Source: Desulfobacterales bacterium S7086C20
Lineage (GTDB): Bacteria; Desulfobacterota; Desulfobacteria; Desulfobacterales; C00003060
NCBI GenBank assembly: GCA_001751075.1
Contig: MAVP01000001.1
Coordinates: 1 to 61,139 of the forward strand
Length of the DNA: 61,139 nucleotides
Direction: 5' to 3'
Below are positions 25,967-36,429 of the stretch, piece by piece. The position numbers and the translations under genes were made by a program. Numbering within the stretch: the stretch's first letter is position 1; every line of letters begins with the position of its first letter. The notes beneath the pieces were generated by a model that was not told where the DNA came from, did not search any database, and worked only from the letters and a program-made list of their open reading frames with translations.

Positions 25967-26730
25967 GACATCGCCGAACGTTTTTCTGTGATCGTTTCAA
26001 TATTCTGACGTAGTTTTTCCAGAAACTCCAGATCCTCTGATGTAAACAGTACATCTTCAAGCAAGTCGCATCTTTTTAAAAGCGTTTGAATTATTGAGGC
26101 TTGTCGCCTCCATTTTCTAATAAGGTCATGATTTCCCGACAGCAAGATCTCCGGCACCTCGGCACCCCCAAAAGATTTTGGTCGTGTATACTGCGGGTGC
26201 TCCAAAAGGCCTGTTGAAAAGGAATCCTCCTGGGCGGAACATTCATTTCCCAAGGTTCCTGGGATAAGCCGAGTCACTGCATCAATGATAACCATCGCGG
26301 CCAACTCACCACCAGTAAGAACATAATCGCCTACGGAAAGCTCTTCATCTATTAACTGCTCACAAATCCGCTCATCAATCCCTTCATAACGTCCACAGAT
26401 TAAAATAAGCTCTGAACGTCCCGCCGCTAGGCCCCTGGCCAGCCCATGATCGAAGAGACGACCCCGCGGGCTGAGCAAAACAGTACGCCCCCCGGGGTAT
26501 TTGCCCTTTGCATGTCGAATAGCTTTCGCCAAAGGTTCAGGTTTCATTACCATACCGCACCCGCCCCCATAGGGGCGATCATCTACAGTACGGTGCCGAT
26601 CAGTAGCAAAGTCTCTAATGTCAATTGTTTCAATCGAAATGAGCCGACTTTCTACAGACCGCTTAACGATGCCTCCTACCTGCAAAGCGGAAAACATCTC
26701 AGGAAACAATGTCAGAACCGAAAAATGCAT
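25963..26730 (-). CDS. trmD: tRNA (guanine37-N1)-methyltransferase
   Basis: LTLFPEMF, RPYGGGCGMVMKPEP, CGRYEGIDER. Confidence 0.9.
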   Translation of the reverse strand: MHFSVLTLFPEMFSALQVGGIVKRSVESRLISIETIDIRDFATDRHRTVDDRPYGGGCGMVMKPEPLAKAIRHAKGKYPGGRTVLLSPRGRLFDHGLARGLAAGRSELILICGRYEGIDERICEQLIDEELSVGDYVLTGGELAAMVIIDAVTRLIPGTLGNECSAQEDSFSTGLLEHPQYTRPKSFGGAEVPEILLSGNHDLIRKWRRQASIIQTLLKRCDLLEDVLFTSEDLEFLEKLRQNIETITEKRSAMS

Positions 26731-26736
26731 CTACCG

Positions 26737-27252
26737 TCAATCTTCCAACCCTTCGGGCAGATCAACCTTTATGAACTTCTTCTCCAAATTAATCTCGACC
26801 ACCACTGAATCGATGGCCGGAATCAGAACCTCCTTTTTGCCGTCTCGAACCACGTAGACATCATTGCTCCCCGTAGGGAGAATCTCTTCAACGTGTCCGA
26901 GACACCGCTTGTTCAGAGTAAAAACCTTCAGGCCTATAATCTGGTACCAGTAAAAACTGCCTGGCTCAGTCGGAGGTAACGACGCCTTGTCCACATAAAT
27001 CTTAGCACCTCTCCACTGCTCGGCCACATCAACAGATTCAATACCTTCCAAGGCAAGCAGAAGCACACCTTTGTGCTGACGGCAAGATACTACAGGAAAC
27101 TGGCCGGAAGGCCCACCTTCTTGTTTTAGAACCAGCGGCTTGCCGGGCGGAAAAAAATCAACGGAATCTGCGTGGGAGAGCACTTTGAGATGGCCCTTAA
27201 TCCCATGGGTACCCACTATTTCACCTATAGTGAGGCGATCATCCTCACCCAT
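26737..27252 (-). CDS. rimM: 16S rRNA processing protein RimM
   Basis: GEIVGTHGIKGHLKV plus a PRC-barrel C-terminus, in conserved operon position. Confidence 0.85.
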   Translation of the reverse strand: MGEDDRLTIGEIVGTHGIKGHLKVLSHADSVDFFPPGKPLVLKQEGGPSGQFPVVSCRQHKGVLLLALEGIESVDVAEQWRGAKIYVDKASLPPTEPGSFYWYQIIGLKVFTLNKRCLGHVEEILPTGSNDVYVVRDGKKEVLIPAIDSVVVEINLEKKFIKVDLPEGLED

Positions 27253-27258
27253 GGCGGT

Positions 27259-27489
27259 CTACTCAATGATTTCCAACACAGCCCTTTTCTTCAATTTGGC
27301 ACAGGCTGCACCCAAAATCGTCCGTATGGCACGCGCGGTACGACCCTGCCTGCCAATGATTTTCCCGAGGTCATCCTTTGCCACCCTCAGTTCAAGGACT
27401 GATGTCTGGGCGCCTTCTATTTCAGAAACCTCAACTACATCCGGATAATCGACCAGCGCTTGAGCAATGTGCTTGACCAGATCCTTCAT
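27259..27489 (-). CDS. KH-domain RNA-binding protein (UPF0109 / YlqC)
   Basis: ATG at 27489 after a [26 protein letters not shown]. Confidence 0.85.
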   Translation of the reverse strand: MKDLVKHIAQALVDYPDVVEVSEIEGAQTSVLELRVAKDDLGKIIGRQGRTARAIRTILGAACAKLKKRAVLEIIE

Positions 27490-27629
27490 GTTCCGACCTC
27501 CTGACAGCATTAAAAGAAAAAAGCGACGCCGACAAAGGCAAGGGTTGGAAAAAAGGAACATCAACTCCTTCGTTTGAGCTTGTGCATCTGCCAATATGGC
27601 ACGTGAATCCCTCAAAAACAATGACCGTT

Positions 27630-27890
27630 CTAAGCATCAGGCCCCTTTGAAAAGAAACCTTCCTTTTTCAGCAAATTCCTGACAGTTGTAGTGGGAGTGG
27701 CCCCTTTTTTCATCCACGCCTTAATTCTGTCTGGTTTCAGCGTAACAGCCGTTGGCTCTATGAGCGGATCATAAGTCCCTACACGCTCCAGGAACCTCCC
27801 GTCTCGAGGGGCATCCTTAGGTGCTACAACAATTCGATAAAAGGGCCTTTTCTTCGTGCCATGTCTGGCTAGTCTAATCTTAACAGACAT
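27630..27890 (-). CDS. rpsP: 30S ribosomal protein S16
   Basis: [22 protein letters not shown]. Confidence 0.9.
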   Translation of the reverse strand: MSVKIRLARHGTKKRPFYRIVVAPKDAPRDGRFLERVGTYDPLIEPTAVTLKPDRIKAWMKKGATPTTTVRNLLKKEGFFSKGPDA

Positions 27891-27909
27891 TTCGATACTA
27901 CTCCTCCTT

Positions 27910-29241
27910 TTAAAATGGCAAGCCGACAGATCCAAGGTTACGGTGACCGCCTTTATTCATCTTCTTGATCATCTTTTGTACATTTACATAATTTTTCAGA
28001 AGTTGATTAACCTGTTGCACGGTCGTTCCGCTCCCCTTGGCAATCCTTTTTCGTCTGCTTGCATTGATAATTTGGTGGCTACGCCGTTCCTGCGCAGTCA
28101 TGGAATCAATGATAGCTCCAATACGCACAAACTCTCCTTCGTCCACCTTTAGGTGCTTCATCTGTTTTAGTTTGCCCATGCCGGGAATCATTGACAATAT
28201 CTCGTCTATAGAACCTATCTTTCTTACTTGAGCCATTTGATCACGGAAATCTTCCAGGGTAAACTGATTTTTCCTGAGCTTTTTCTCCAGTTCTTGCGCT
28301 TTTTTCTCATCAACAGTACTTTGAGCCTTCTCAATAAGAGAAAGCATGTCGCCCATTCCAAGTATCCTGGAGGCCATACGATCTGGATGAAAGGGCTCTA
28401 AGGCATCCAATTTCTCCCCTACCCCAATAAACTTGATCGGCTTTGAAGTTATTGCCTGAATGGAAATAGCCGCTCCACCCCTGGCATCACCTTCCATCTT
28501 CGTAAGAATTACCCCCCCGATATCCAGGGCTTCGTCAAAGGCCTTAGCCATGTTAACAGCATCTTGGCCAGTCATAGCATCCGCCACTAAAAGGATTTCA
28601 GAAGGTTGAACAACGCTCTTTATCTGCTTCAGCTCATCCATTAAGAACTCATCAACGTGAAGTCGCCCAGCCGTATCAATCAAAACGGTGTCACAGGATT
28701 CATTGCTGGCCTGACTTATGGCCTGGCGGCATATATCCACAGGGTTCAACCCATCAGTCGATGGGAAAACAGGGACATTCAGTTTTTCCCCAAGCTTGGT
28801 CAGTTGATCAATAGCCGCGGGACGATAAACATCAGCAGGAACCAGGTAAGGCCTTCTGTGTTGCTCTTTTAGCAAAAACTTGGCCAGCTTGCCCGTCGTA
28901 GTAGTCTTTCCTGAACCCTGCAAGCCCACCAACATAACAGAGGCGGGCTTACCAACAAGTCTTAACACTTCATGCTTATCACCCATAAGCAGGGTAAGTT
29001 CGTCATTTACAATCTTGACAACTTGCTGTCCTGGTGTCAGGCTAGCCAATACCTCTTGGCCGAGGGCACGCTCTCGGATGGCTGCCAGGAGTTGTTTAAC
29101 CACCTTGTAATTGACATCTGCTTCAAGCAGGGCTATGCGAACCTCTTTCAGGCCAGCATCAATATTTTTTTCTGTAAGCTTGCCGTGGCCCTTGAGCTTC
29201 TTAAAGGCAATATTGAGTTTGTCAGTTAGACTTTCAAACAT
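27910..29241 (-). CDS. ffh: Signal recognition particle protein Ffh
   Basis: MFESLTDKL..., [20 protein letters not shown], and a Met-rich M domain. Confidence 0.9.
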   Translation of the reverse strand: MFESLTDKLNIAFKKLKGHGKLTEKNIDAGLKEVRIALLEADVNYKVVKQLLAAIRERALGQEVLASLTPGQQVVKIVNDELTLLMGDKHEVLRLVGKPASVMLVGLQGSGKTTTTGKLAKFLLKEQHRRPYLVPADVYRPAAIDQLTKLGEKLNVPVFPSTDGLNPVDICRQAISQASNESCDTVLIDTAGRLHVDEFLMDELKQIKSVVQPSEILLVADAMTGQDAVNMAKAFDEALDIGGVILTKMEGDARGGAAISIQAITSKPIKFIGVGEKLDALEPFHPDRMASRILGMGDMLSLIEKAQSTVDEKKAQELEKKLRKNQFTLEDFRDQMAQVRKIGSIDEILSMIPGMGKLKQMKHLKVDEGEFVRIGAIIDSMTAQERRSHQIINASRRKRIAKGSGTTVQQVNQLLKNYVNVQKMIKKMNKGGHRNLGSVGLPF

Positions 29242-29292
29242 ATGAGCACCTTGTTGAGTATAAATAGTAACATTTAGTATCAAAGAACCGGT

Positions 29293-30345
29293 ATGTCAAG
29301 CAAATATTCAGTTCGCAACGACGTGAAAAGCCTTACTGAGCAAGCCCTTACACGCTGGCTTCAAGAACACGACATCCCATCTTATCGGGCAGGACAAATT
29401 CTTGGATGGGTATATCATCGAAATGCCAAGACCTTTTTTGAAATGACAGATCTTTCCAAGGATCTAAGACAGTGGCTTTCAAATAAACTGACAATAAGCA
29501 GTTTTACCCATGAAAAGATTGAAACATCCGAAGACGGCTCAAAAAAGTACCTTTTTCGCCTCGACGACGGCCATTATGTGGAAAGTGTTTTGATCCCAGA
29601 GGTGAAACATTGGACATTGTGTATTTCCAGCCAGGTTGGGTGTTCGATGGGATGCAGGTTTTGTCTTACCGGCAGTAGTGGTTTCATGCGCAATCTGGAA
29701 CCTAGCGAGATTGTCAACCAGATCTGTGCCGTCAGGGACGATCTGACATCGCCACAGTCACTGACTAACCTCGTCTTCATGGGCATGGGAGAACCTCTTG
29801 CCAATTACGACAGCGTCATACATGCCATCCAAATTATTACGGGAAACAATGGTTTGCAGTTTTCCGGGCGACGCGTCACCCTTTCAACAGCCGGGCTTGT
29901 CCCAGCCATAGATGCCTTCGGGAAGGATGCCAGGACCAACCTTGCTGTTTCCCTAAACGCAGCGGATAATAAGACCCGAAACCATCTGATGCCTATAAAC
30001 CAAACCTATCCTATAGAAAAGCTCCTTTCCGCATGCAAGCGATTCCCCCTGCCCCCGAGGCGGATGATCACATTTGAATATGTCCTAATTGCCGGAATCA
30101 ATGACAGCCCGGAGGACGCAATAAAGCTAGCAAGGCTTTTAAGGCCATTACGAGCAAAGATCAACCTCATCCCATTCAATCCATTTGAGGGGAGTGATTT
30201 TAAAAGACCCCAAGAAGCTACAATATTAGGTTTTCAAAAAATCCTTCTAGACAATAATTATACAGTCCTGATACGTCGAAGCAAAGGCCAAGATATAAGC
30301 GCTGCCTGCGGGCAACTTCGGGCAAGGGCCCAAGATCAGACATAG
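29293..30345 (+). CDS. rlmN: 23S rRNA/tRNA adenine-C2 methyltransferase RlmN (radical SAM)
   Basis: CISSQVGCSMGCRFCLTG, MGMGEPL, C-terminal ACGQL. Confidence 0.9.
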   Translation: MSSKYSVRNDVKSLTEQALTRWLQEHDIPSYRAGQILGWVYHRNAKTFFEMTDLSKDLRQWLSNKLTISSFTHEKIETSEDGSKKYLFRLDDGHYVESVLIPEVKHWTLCISSQVGCSMGCRFCLTGSSGFMRNLEPSEIVNQICAVRDDLTSPQSLTNLVFMGMGEPLANYDSVIHAIQIITGNNGLQFSGRRVTLSTAGLVPAIDAFGKDARTNLAVSLNAADNKTRNHLMPINQTYPIEKLLSACKRFPLPPRRMITFEYVLIAGINDSPEDAIKLARLLRPLRAKINLIPFNPFEGSDFKRPQEATILGFQKILLDNNYTVLIRRSKGQDISAACGQLRARAQDQT

Positions 30346-30401
30346 ACTCGGTTATCGTATTGCTGTTTTACTATAGGGCCAGATATGGTATAGGAGGTTA
30401 C

Positions 30402-30833
30402 ATGAATATATCCGATATGGGTAAAAGAGCGCGGAACGGCACTAAAAGGGCGGACACGGTTGACCGAGGCACTCTCGAAGTACTCGATTATTCATATGGC
30501 ACTAAACGTGATATTGAAATCAAGATCGACCAGCCTGAATTCACTTCTTTGTGTCCCATTTCAGGCCTCCCAGATTTCGGATGCATCACTATACGCTATG
30601 TGCCAAAAGAGAAGATCGTGGAACTCAAATCGTTAAAATATTATCTTCTCCAATACCGCAATGTGGGTATCTTCTACGAACATGTAGTCAATCAAATTCT
30701 AGATGATTTGGCATCTGTACTCAAACCAAAGTTCGCAGAGGTTCTTGGAACCTTTACATCCCGAGGCGGCATCACCACTACTGTGCGAGTAGAATACGGA
30801 AAAGAGATGGAATCGTCAAAAGAAAGGGGCTAG
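30402..30833 (+). CDS. queF: NADPH-dependent 7-cyano-7-deazaguanine reductase
   Basis: AGGAGG RBS and ATG at 30402. EFTSLCPISGLPDFG..I.Y.P. Confidence 0.85.
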   Translation: MNISDMGKRARNGTKRADTVDRGTLEVLDYSYGTKRDIEIKIDQPEFTSLCPISGLPDFGCITIRYVPKEKIVELKSLKYYLLQYRNVGIFYEHVVNQILDDLASVLKPKFAEVLGTFTSRGGITTTVRVEYGKEMESSKERG

Positions 30834-30838
30834 AAACT

Positions 30839-31741
30839 GTGTATACAAAGCAATTAAATTGTGTGGCAGTACTTATTTTGGTTTGTTTCCTAGTCACTGG
30901 TTGTGCCACTACACAAAAGATTGCCGACGACATTATGGGAAAAGAGCCTACCTTAAAAAAGAAGATCGCTTTCATGCCCATTTCAAACACAGATTATAAA
31001 GAAAAGGATCTCGACAAGTCGGCTACCATAGCACTGAAGGCCTTTGTCGAACGCAGTTGCGACAGTCTGGTCATTACAGAAAGCTCACCCCTTCTCAAGG
31101 CCTTAGAGGAAATACCCCAGAGTCCACCAGGCCATATCGACAACCTCGCCCTTGCCGAGGCGGGAAGAATCTACGGGCTTGGCGCAATACTGGAACAACA
31201 TATTGAAAATATACGGCACTTCACAGACAAACGTGGGATTTGGGGTTTCAGGAAAATTCATACTTTTTTACAGATCTCCTTACGCATAAGAGTATACGAT
31301 GTCGAGACAACCAGTGTGCTTCTAGATGAAATAATAGAAGATGAAGTGGAAGTACCTCAAGAGACATGGCAAAAAAGCGGTGATGTCTCAAAGCTGAAGA
31401 ACGAAATAGCACAACCCCTCATTGTCAAGATTGCCAACAGGATGGCAAGTATCGTTTGCCAGCGACTGAGCGAAGTTCCCTGGAAAGGCTACATTACCAG
31501 CAGCACGAAGGCGACTGTTAATCTTTCAGCAGGTAAAGACGTGGGGCTCACCATCGGGGATATCTTGGAAGTCTTTGCCATAGGCGAACCAATGAAGGGA
31601 CCAAGCCAGCATGTCTACTTAGTGCCAGGCCCAAAGATCGGTGAAATCAAGGTTGCAAAAGTATATGAACACCATGCCGAGGCTACCAGTATTTTTGGAG
31701 ATGACCTTGAAAAGAGCACCTGTGTAAGAGTCAAACCCTAA
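30839..31741 (+). CDS. Lipoprotein of unknown function
   Basis: GTG start and lipobox LVTGC after a hydrophobic signal. No family was recognised. Confidence 0.55.
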   Translation: MYTKQLNCVAVLILVCFLVTGCATTQKIADDIMGKEPTLKKKIAFMPISNTDYKEKDLDKSATIALKAFVERSCDSLVITESSPLLKALEEIPQSPPGHIDNLALAEAGRIYGLGAILEQHIENIRHFTDKRGIWGFRKIHTFLQISLRIRVYDVETTSVLLDEIIEDEVEVPQETWQKSGDVSKLKNEIAQPLIVKIANRMASIVCQRLSEVPWKGYITSSTKATVNLSAGKDVGLTIGDILEVFAIGEPMKGPSQHVYLVPGPKIGEIKVAKVYEHHAEATSIFGDDLEKSTCVRVKP

Positions 31742-31749
31742 TAAACTGG

Positions 31750-31859
31750 GTAGCTGTTTACGGGGGTCAGCGGTCAGGGTCCGGAGGCTAGTAAATAAAA
31801 ACAGTTATGGCACCACTGAACTCTGCCTTTCGCCGGAGTGACTACTTTTTACTAAATCC
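31750..31859. repeat. Family C element, truncated copy (left outer arm plus inner palindrome only)
   Basis: GTAGCTGTTTACGGGGGTCAGCGGTCAGGGTCCGG matches 10161..10194. The inner pair is TAGTAAATAAAAACAGT / CTACTTTTTACTA. No right outer arm is present. Confidence 0.65.
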
Positions 31860-31904
31860 TCAAATTTGATGAAATCGTAAAGACACCCGAATCCAATGCT
31901 TTTC

Positions 31905-31933
31905 TTGACATTGAGTTATGGCGGCGTTAATAT
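31905..31933 (+). promoter_or_regulatory. Candidate sigma70 promoter of vapBC
   Basis: TTGACA, a 17-nt spacer, then TAATAT, 31 nt upstream of the ATG at 31964. Confidence 0.45.
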
Positions 31934-31963
31934 GTATATGTATATAGAAATAAGGAGCACGCT

Positions 31964-32197
31964 ATGAGACGTACAACTGTTATGATACCCGAAGACTTGA
32001 AAACCCGTGCTGCCAGGCGGGCAAATACGTCGGGTTTATCCCTGGGTGGGTTCATTCGAGAGTCTCTTGAAAAAGCCTTGAAATCCAATGCTGCCGGGAT
32101 GCTTGATGATCCGTTTTTGAATGATAATGCCGTATACGAAGACGACTCAACGGTTGATCTGGCACAAAATCATGACATATATTTATATGGAGAGTAA
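31964..32197 (+). CDS. Ribbon-helix-helix (CopG/VapB-type) antitoxin
   Basis: MRRTTVMIPEDLKTRAARRA is RHH-like. The gene sits 2 nt upstream of a PIN gene. Confidence 0.7.
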   Translation: MRRTTVMIPEDLKTRAARRANTSGLSLGGFIRESLEKALKSNAAGMLDDPFLNDNAVYEDDSTVDLAQNHDIYLYGE

Positions 32198-32199
32198 CT

Positions 32200-32607
32200 A
32201 TGATCTATATTGATACCGGCGCATTCCTGGCCCGTCATCTCTCAAAGGATCAGTATCATCGCCAGGCCAGTACTTTCTGGGATTCAATTCGAAAAAAAAG
32301 CGAAACATGCGTGACGAGCAATTTTGTACTGGACGAGACTTTCACTCTGATTGGTCGCCGCGCCGGTTACAATTTTGCAGCTCTAAGGGCAAGAAATATT
32401 TATGCTTCTGAATCACTTAAGATCCTCCGTCCAAATCAGGAAGATGAGTTGAAGGCAATCGGTTTTTTCGAAAAATACTCAGATCATCGTCTTAGCTTCA
32501 CCGATTGTATTTCATTCGTTCTCATGAAGAGCAAAAAGATTAAAAGGGTATTCACCTTTGATCATCATTTTCAGCTGGCAGGTTTCCAAATATATCCAAA
32601 AAGGTAG
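32200..32607 (+). CDS. vapC: PIN-domain toxin (VapC-type)
   Basis: MIYIDTGAFLA...LDETF...SFTDC...FTFDHHF carries the acidic PIN residues. Confidence 0.75.
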   Translation: MIYIDTGAFLARHLSKDQYHRQASTFWDSIRKKSETCVTSNFVLDETFTLIGRRAGYNFAALRARNIYASESLKILRPNQEDELKAIGFFEKYSDHRLSFTDCISFVLMKSKKIKRVFTFDHHFQLAGFQIYPKR

Positions 32608-32733
32608 GCTAAGGCTAACATGGCCCGATCCCAGAGCCCAGACGTGAAACCGATTGTAAGGGCGACAGATTTTAAAGTTGAGTTTGGGCTGAATACTGCG
32701 GCGAGGTAAGAAGGTCTAAACTGATACAACAAA

Positions 32734-33738
32734 TCACTTGCCAAGGCCCAGCACTCGATAAATGGCTATGGGTTCATCCAAACCCTTGACCGCGATGGCA
32801 GAGCCCATCTTCTCTGCGACAACCTGCTCTGATGCTCCCAGGTATGTTGTCTCATTTACTAATATCTCTCCGGCCGAAGCCATCTTTTCCAGACGGGCAG
32901 CCATATTCACAGCCATTCCAAAGGCCGTATATTCTCTTTTGCGCAGAGAGCCGAAAACCCCTGTAATCACCTCGCCAGTACAAATACCTATGCCGATATT
33001 CAGCTTAAACCCGTTTTTGCTCTGCAGTTCTTTGCCTATTGATTGACTTGTTTTCTGCATCTTAAGGGCCGTTTGAATAGCCCTAATAATATCGTCGTCA
33101 TGGGAGACAGGGGCCCCATAGATAACCATCATGCAATCGCCTATATGTTTATCTACAGTACCATTATACTGATATGCGATCTCGCCCAGAGGGACAAAAT
33201 AGTAATCGTTTAAAAACCGAGCAATCTCTTCGGGCGGCGCCTTTTGAGACATCTTGGTAAAGTCTCTGATATCACAAAAAAGAATCGTTACCCGCTGTTT
33301 TTTTGGAAGCATAACTATGGGATCATTCTTAACCTCATCGTATATTTGAGCGGAAACAAATTGTCTCAGGCGTTTCTTGACCATAATCTCCTGGATCCTG
33401 TTTCTAAGCTCCACATTGTCAAAAGGCTTTGTAAGGAATCCGTCAAGCCCCTCATTTGTTGCACGAATGGCACTTTCCATAGTGGCATAACCCGTAAGGA
33501 GTATCCGTGTAACCTCAGGGTTTATGGAACCAATAACAGCAAGTGTTTCCAGTCCGTCTGGTCCAGGCATCTTATAATCCGAAATGACGACACCTATCTC
33601 GGAGCAGTGTTTCCTGACTAAGTTTATCCCCTGATTCCCATCCGGAGCTGTGAAGACAGTGTAAGGTTCTTTTTTAAGCGCTCGTTTAAGCGAACGTCGC
33701 ACTCCCTCTTCATCATCGATAAACAAGAGCCCAGTCAT
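32734..33738 (-). CDS. Response-regulator receiver fused to a class III adenylate/guanylate cyclase
   Basis: ATG at 33738 after a GGAGGGG RBS. Receiver LLFIDDEEG...DYKMPG, cyclase ILFCDIRDFT...GDCMMVIYGAP...AFGMAVNMAARLE. Confidence 0.85.
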   Translation of the reverse strand: MTGLLFIDDEEGVRRSLKRALKKEPYTVFTAPDGNQGINLVRKHCSEIGVVISDYKMPGPDGLETLAVIGSINPEVTRILLTGYATMESAIRATNEGLDGFLTKPFDNVELRNRIQEIMVKKRLRQFVSAQIYDEVKNDPIVMLPKKQRVTILFCDIRDFTKMSQKAPPEEIARFLNDYYFVPLGEIAYQYNGTVDKHIGDCMMVIYGAPVSHDDDIIRAIQTALKMQKTSQSIGKELQSKNGFKLNIGIGICTGEVITGVFGSLRKREYTAFGMAVNMAARLEKMASAGEILVNETTYLGASEQVVAEKMGSAIAVKGLDEPIAIYRVLGLGK

Positions 33739-33780
33739 TTCCCCTCCTTTTGGCACTAGTTGAGCAGATTCAGTAACGTT

Positions 33781-33994
33781 TATCATTGACGACTTCGCAA
33801 AAAGTCCATCTGCGGCGTTGCGCTTCATCCCCGCCCTGTTAAATTCTCGCTACGCGAGACGGCAAAGCCGATTTAACAGGGTAAATCATTGCGACGTACG
33901 ATAAGTACGTCTCATTCCTCAAAACTCGCCGCCTTGCATCTGGAGCTTTTTGCTGTGTCGTCTGTTTGTGGACTTTTTACGAGTCCATCATCAT
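33781..33994 (+). repeat. Family A structured repeat (variant A2), copy 1, MITE-like with terminal inverted repeats
   Basis: Near-identical to 36935..37154. The TIR is ATTGACGACTTCGCAAAAAGTCCA / TGGACTTTTTACGAGTCCATCAT. Internal hairpins are CCCTGTTAAAT..ATTTAACAGGG and CGTAC-GATAA-GTACG. Confidence 0.85.
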
Positions 33995-35002
33995 TTTGTG
34001 TTTCCCGCCTTCGTAGTGCACATTACTGTCTGCCATACCAAGCAGAACAACTCGAAAGTAATTCCCAATGGCATCTATCATTTCCTGCCGGGTCTTTAAC
34101 CGGACAACAGAATCCCTAAAGGAACTACAACCAGGAAGACCTTTCACAAACCAGAGAAGGTGGCTCCTCATCATGCATGCCCCCCGAAACTCCCCGAAAT
34201 GATCTACCATATAATCAATATATCGTAAAATTGTTTGAAGCCGAGAGGATAGGTCCGGCAATCTCGGCTCTTTGCCATCTATCAGATCAAGACTTTGAGA
34301 AAAAATCCAGGGATTTCCCTTGGAAGCCCGTCCGATCATCACGGCGTCACAACCAGTACTGCTTTGCATTTTGAGCACATCTTCGGGGCCTAAAATATCA
34401 CCATTTCCTATGACAGGAATAGAAAGATGGTTTTTAAGTCTGCTGATTAGCGACCAGTCTGCCTTCCCACCAAACCCCTGCACAGCAGTCCTTGGATGTA
34501 CAGCTACAGCGTCTATCCCGCAATCCTCGGCAATGCGGCTAACCCTCATGGCCTCTTCACCCGAAGGCTCCCACCCTGAACGAATCTTCACTGTAATAGG
34601 AATTTCCGTCACTGCTCGGACTTGTCTTAAGATCGCTTCAAGCACCTTTGGCTCACGCATCAAGGCCACTCCAGCCCCTTGCCTGACTACTTTCCGCACA
34701 GAACAGCCCAAATTGATATCAAGCAAGTCTGCCCCTTGAGACTCAACGATCCTGGCGGCTTCTTTCATGATTTCAGGGTCTCTGCCAAATATCTGGACAG
34801 AAAGGGGTCGCTCTGAAGGATGACTCCTGAGAAGCTCAAAGCTCTTATGTCCGCCGTAGACAAGCCCATTTGAACTGACCATCTCAGTAACCACGAGGCC
34901 ACACCCCTGTTCTTTAACCAACCGGCGGAAAGGCAGTTGGGTGATCCCGGCCATTGGAGCCAGGATAAGAGGGTTTTCCAATGTCAAGTCTGCAATTTTC
35001 AT
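33977..35002 (-). CDS. dusB: tRNA-dihydrouridine synthase
   Basis: ATG at 35002 (MKIADLTLENPLILAPMAGIT). The last approximately 6 codons and the stop codon lie inside the family A repeat. Confidence 0.85.
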   Translation of the reverse strand: MKIADLTLENPLILAPMAGITQLPFRRLVKEQGCGLVVTEMVSSNGLVYGGHKSFELLRSHPSERPLSVQIFGRDPEIMKEAARIVESQGADLLDINLGCSVRKVVRQGAGVALMREPKVLEAILRQVRAVTEIPITVKIRSGWEPSGEEAMRVSRIAEDCGIDAVAVHPRTAVQGFGGKADWSLISRLKNHLSIPVIGNGDILGPEDVLKMQSSTGCDAVMIGRASKGNPWIFSQSLDLIDGKEPRLPDLSSRLQTILRYIDYMVDHFGEFRGACMMRSHLLWFVKGLPGCSSFRDSVVRLKTRQEMIDAIGNYFRVVLLGMADSNVHYEGGKHKMMMDS

Positions 35003-35154
35003 AAACCGTAATAAAACTTGATAGAACATGAAACCAGCCATTTCAACTAAAAAGGACAAAAAAACTATATATCGGATAACACAACCCTGAATGATACAAT
35101 ATGTTGTATATTCTCCTTGACAAAGAAAACAGCTTGGCATAGTAAAAAGGACCA

Positions 35155-36429
35155 ATGATCTTACTCAGGCTGAAGAAAGGGCTTGGCACGCCTTTAATAT
35201 TGATAGCTGTTTTTTTATCTACCTTTCTTTTCGTATCCCACCTTGAGGTTTCCAAAATACCACCTACCGATACGCCAATCTCGGTAGCTGAAGCACGCCC
35301 CTACGCTAGAGAAATGCCCCTGCCGGGAATCCGGCGCATCCTCGGGGCACAAATCCTGGTTTTTAGATCCACAGACTACGCACAAGTAGAAAGCTCTATC
35401 AAGGATCTTGCCACAGCAGGGGTCAACACCCTTATTGTTCGCGCTTTTCAAAACCGGGGAGACAGGATATACCGTTTTGCCAGGCCTCGGTGCAGGGTTG
35501 GGGTCTATTTCAAGACAACTCATGCACCAGTAGTAGATCCGGTCTTAAGCCGGATCGTGTCCTTGGCACACCAACACGGATTGCGCGTTTTTGCATGGAT
35601 GGAAACGCGCAAGATGCCGCTTTTTTTATCCGATCCCGAGGCATCAAGGGCCATCTCATATCGTTTTGAGACCAAGTCTTATGGGTCTATCCCGCAGTGG
35701 AGTATCTTTGACAAAGCCGTAGAAAAAAGATTGATTGGCCTTTACCACGATGTGGCCATGTCAGGTGTGGATGGAATTTTAATACAAGATGATCTTGTCA
35801 TGCGTCAAAACGAGGACTTTAGTTCAAAAGCAGTAACGTTGTTTGAAAAAGAAACCGGTAAACGGTTAAGTCCAAAAAATTTGTACAGCAAGGTCTTTCA
35901 AGACAGCGCAGGCCATTGGTGCGTCCCAAACTATTCCGATACCTTCTGGCAATGGGCATGCTGGAAAAATCAAAAACTGATGGATCTTGCCCGGAAACTG
36001 ATTCTATCAGCAAAGGGAGTAAATCCGGAGATTGAAATCGCCATGAACTTCATGTACGAATCGGTAACAAATCCAAAGAATGCGTTGGCCTGGTTATCTC
36101 AGAGTCTTGCTGAGGCTACCAAGCTGCCGATCGATTACTATGCGATTATGGCATACCACAGGCAGATGAGAGAAGAACTTCAACTTAGTGAAGAAGCCAC
36201 GTATAGCAAAATTGCCCAAATGACTGCTACCATGCTCAAATTGGTTGACAATCCTAACAAGGTTCTGATGAAGGTTCAAATGGCGGACTGGAAAACGCGG
36301 AAGCAAATCTCCCCTTATGAGGCAAACCAGGTGTTTAACAAGATCAACAGCCAAGGGAGGGTAAGTCTTGCCTTTATACCTTATTCTCCAACCCTTCCCT
36401 TAAATGTCATCGGTCACCATTTTCATTAA
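35155..36429 (+). CDS. PgaB-C-terminal-like (GHL13-type) putative polysaccharide hydrolase or binding protein
   Basis: N-terminal TM/signal. NTLIVRAFQNRGD...GVYF...GLRVFAWM...GVDGILIQDD resembles the PgaB C-domain. Confidence 0.5.
   Translation: MILLRLKKGLGTPLILIAVFLSTFLFVSHLEVSKIPPTDTPISVAEARPYAREMPLPGIRRILGAQILVFRSTDYAQVESSIKDLATAGVNTLIVRAFQNRGDRIYRFARPRCRVGVYFKTTHAPVVDPVLSRIVSLAHQHGLRVFAWMETRKMPLFLSDPEASRAISYRFETKSYGSIPQWSIFDKAVEKRLIGLYHDVAMSGVDGILIQDDLVMRQNEDFSSKAVTLFEKETGKRLSPKNLYSKVFQDSAGHWCVPNYSDTFWQWACWKNQKLMDLARKLILSAKGVNPEIEIAMNFMYESVTNPKNALAWLSQSLAEATKLPIDYYAIMAYHRQMREELQLSEEATYSKIAQMTATMLKLVDNPNKVLMKVQMADWKTRKQISPYEANQVFNKINSQGRVSLAFIPYSPTLPLNVIGHHFH

Noticed and set aside
30346-30401. 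preQ1 riboswitch upstream of queF
   Set aside because: The spacer is only 56 nt, and I could not find the conserved preQ1-I stem-loop with its A-rich tail.
33739-33828. N-terminal extension MKRNAADGLFAKS... of the cyclase ORF, and the analogous ..HAVKRSANLDFL.. extensions at 36713..36808 and in ORF 2699..3079
   Set aside because: These peptides are simply family A repeat DNA read in frame. Good RBS and ATG pairs exist downstream at 33738 and 36712.
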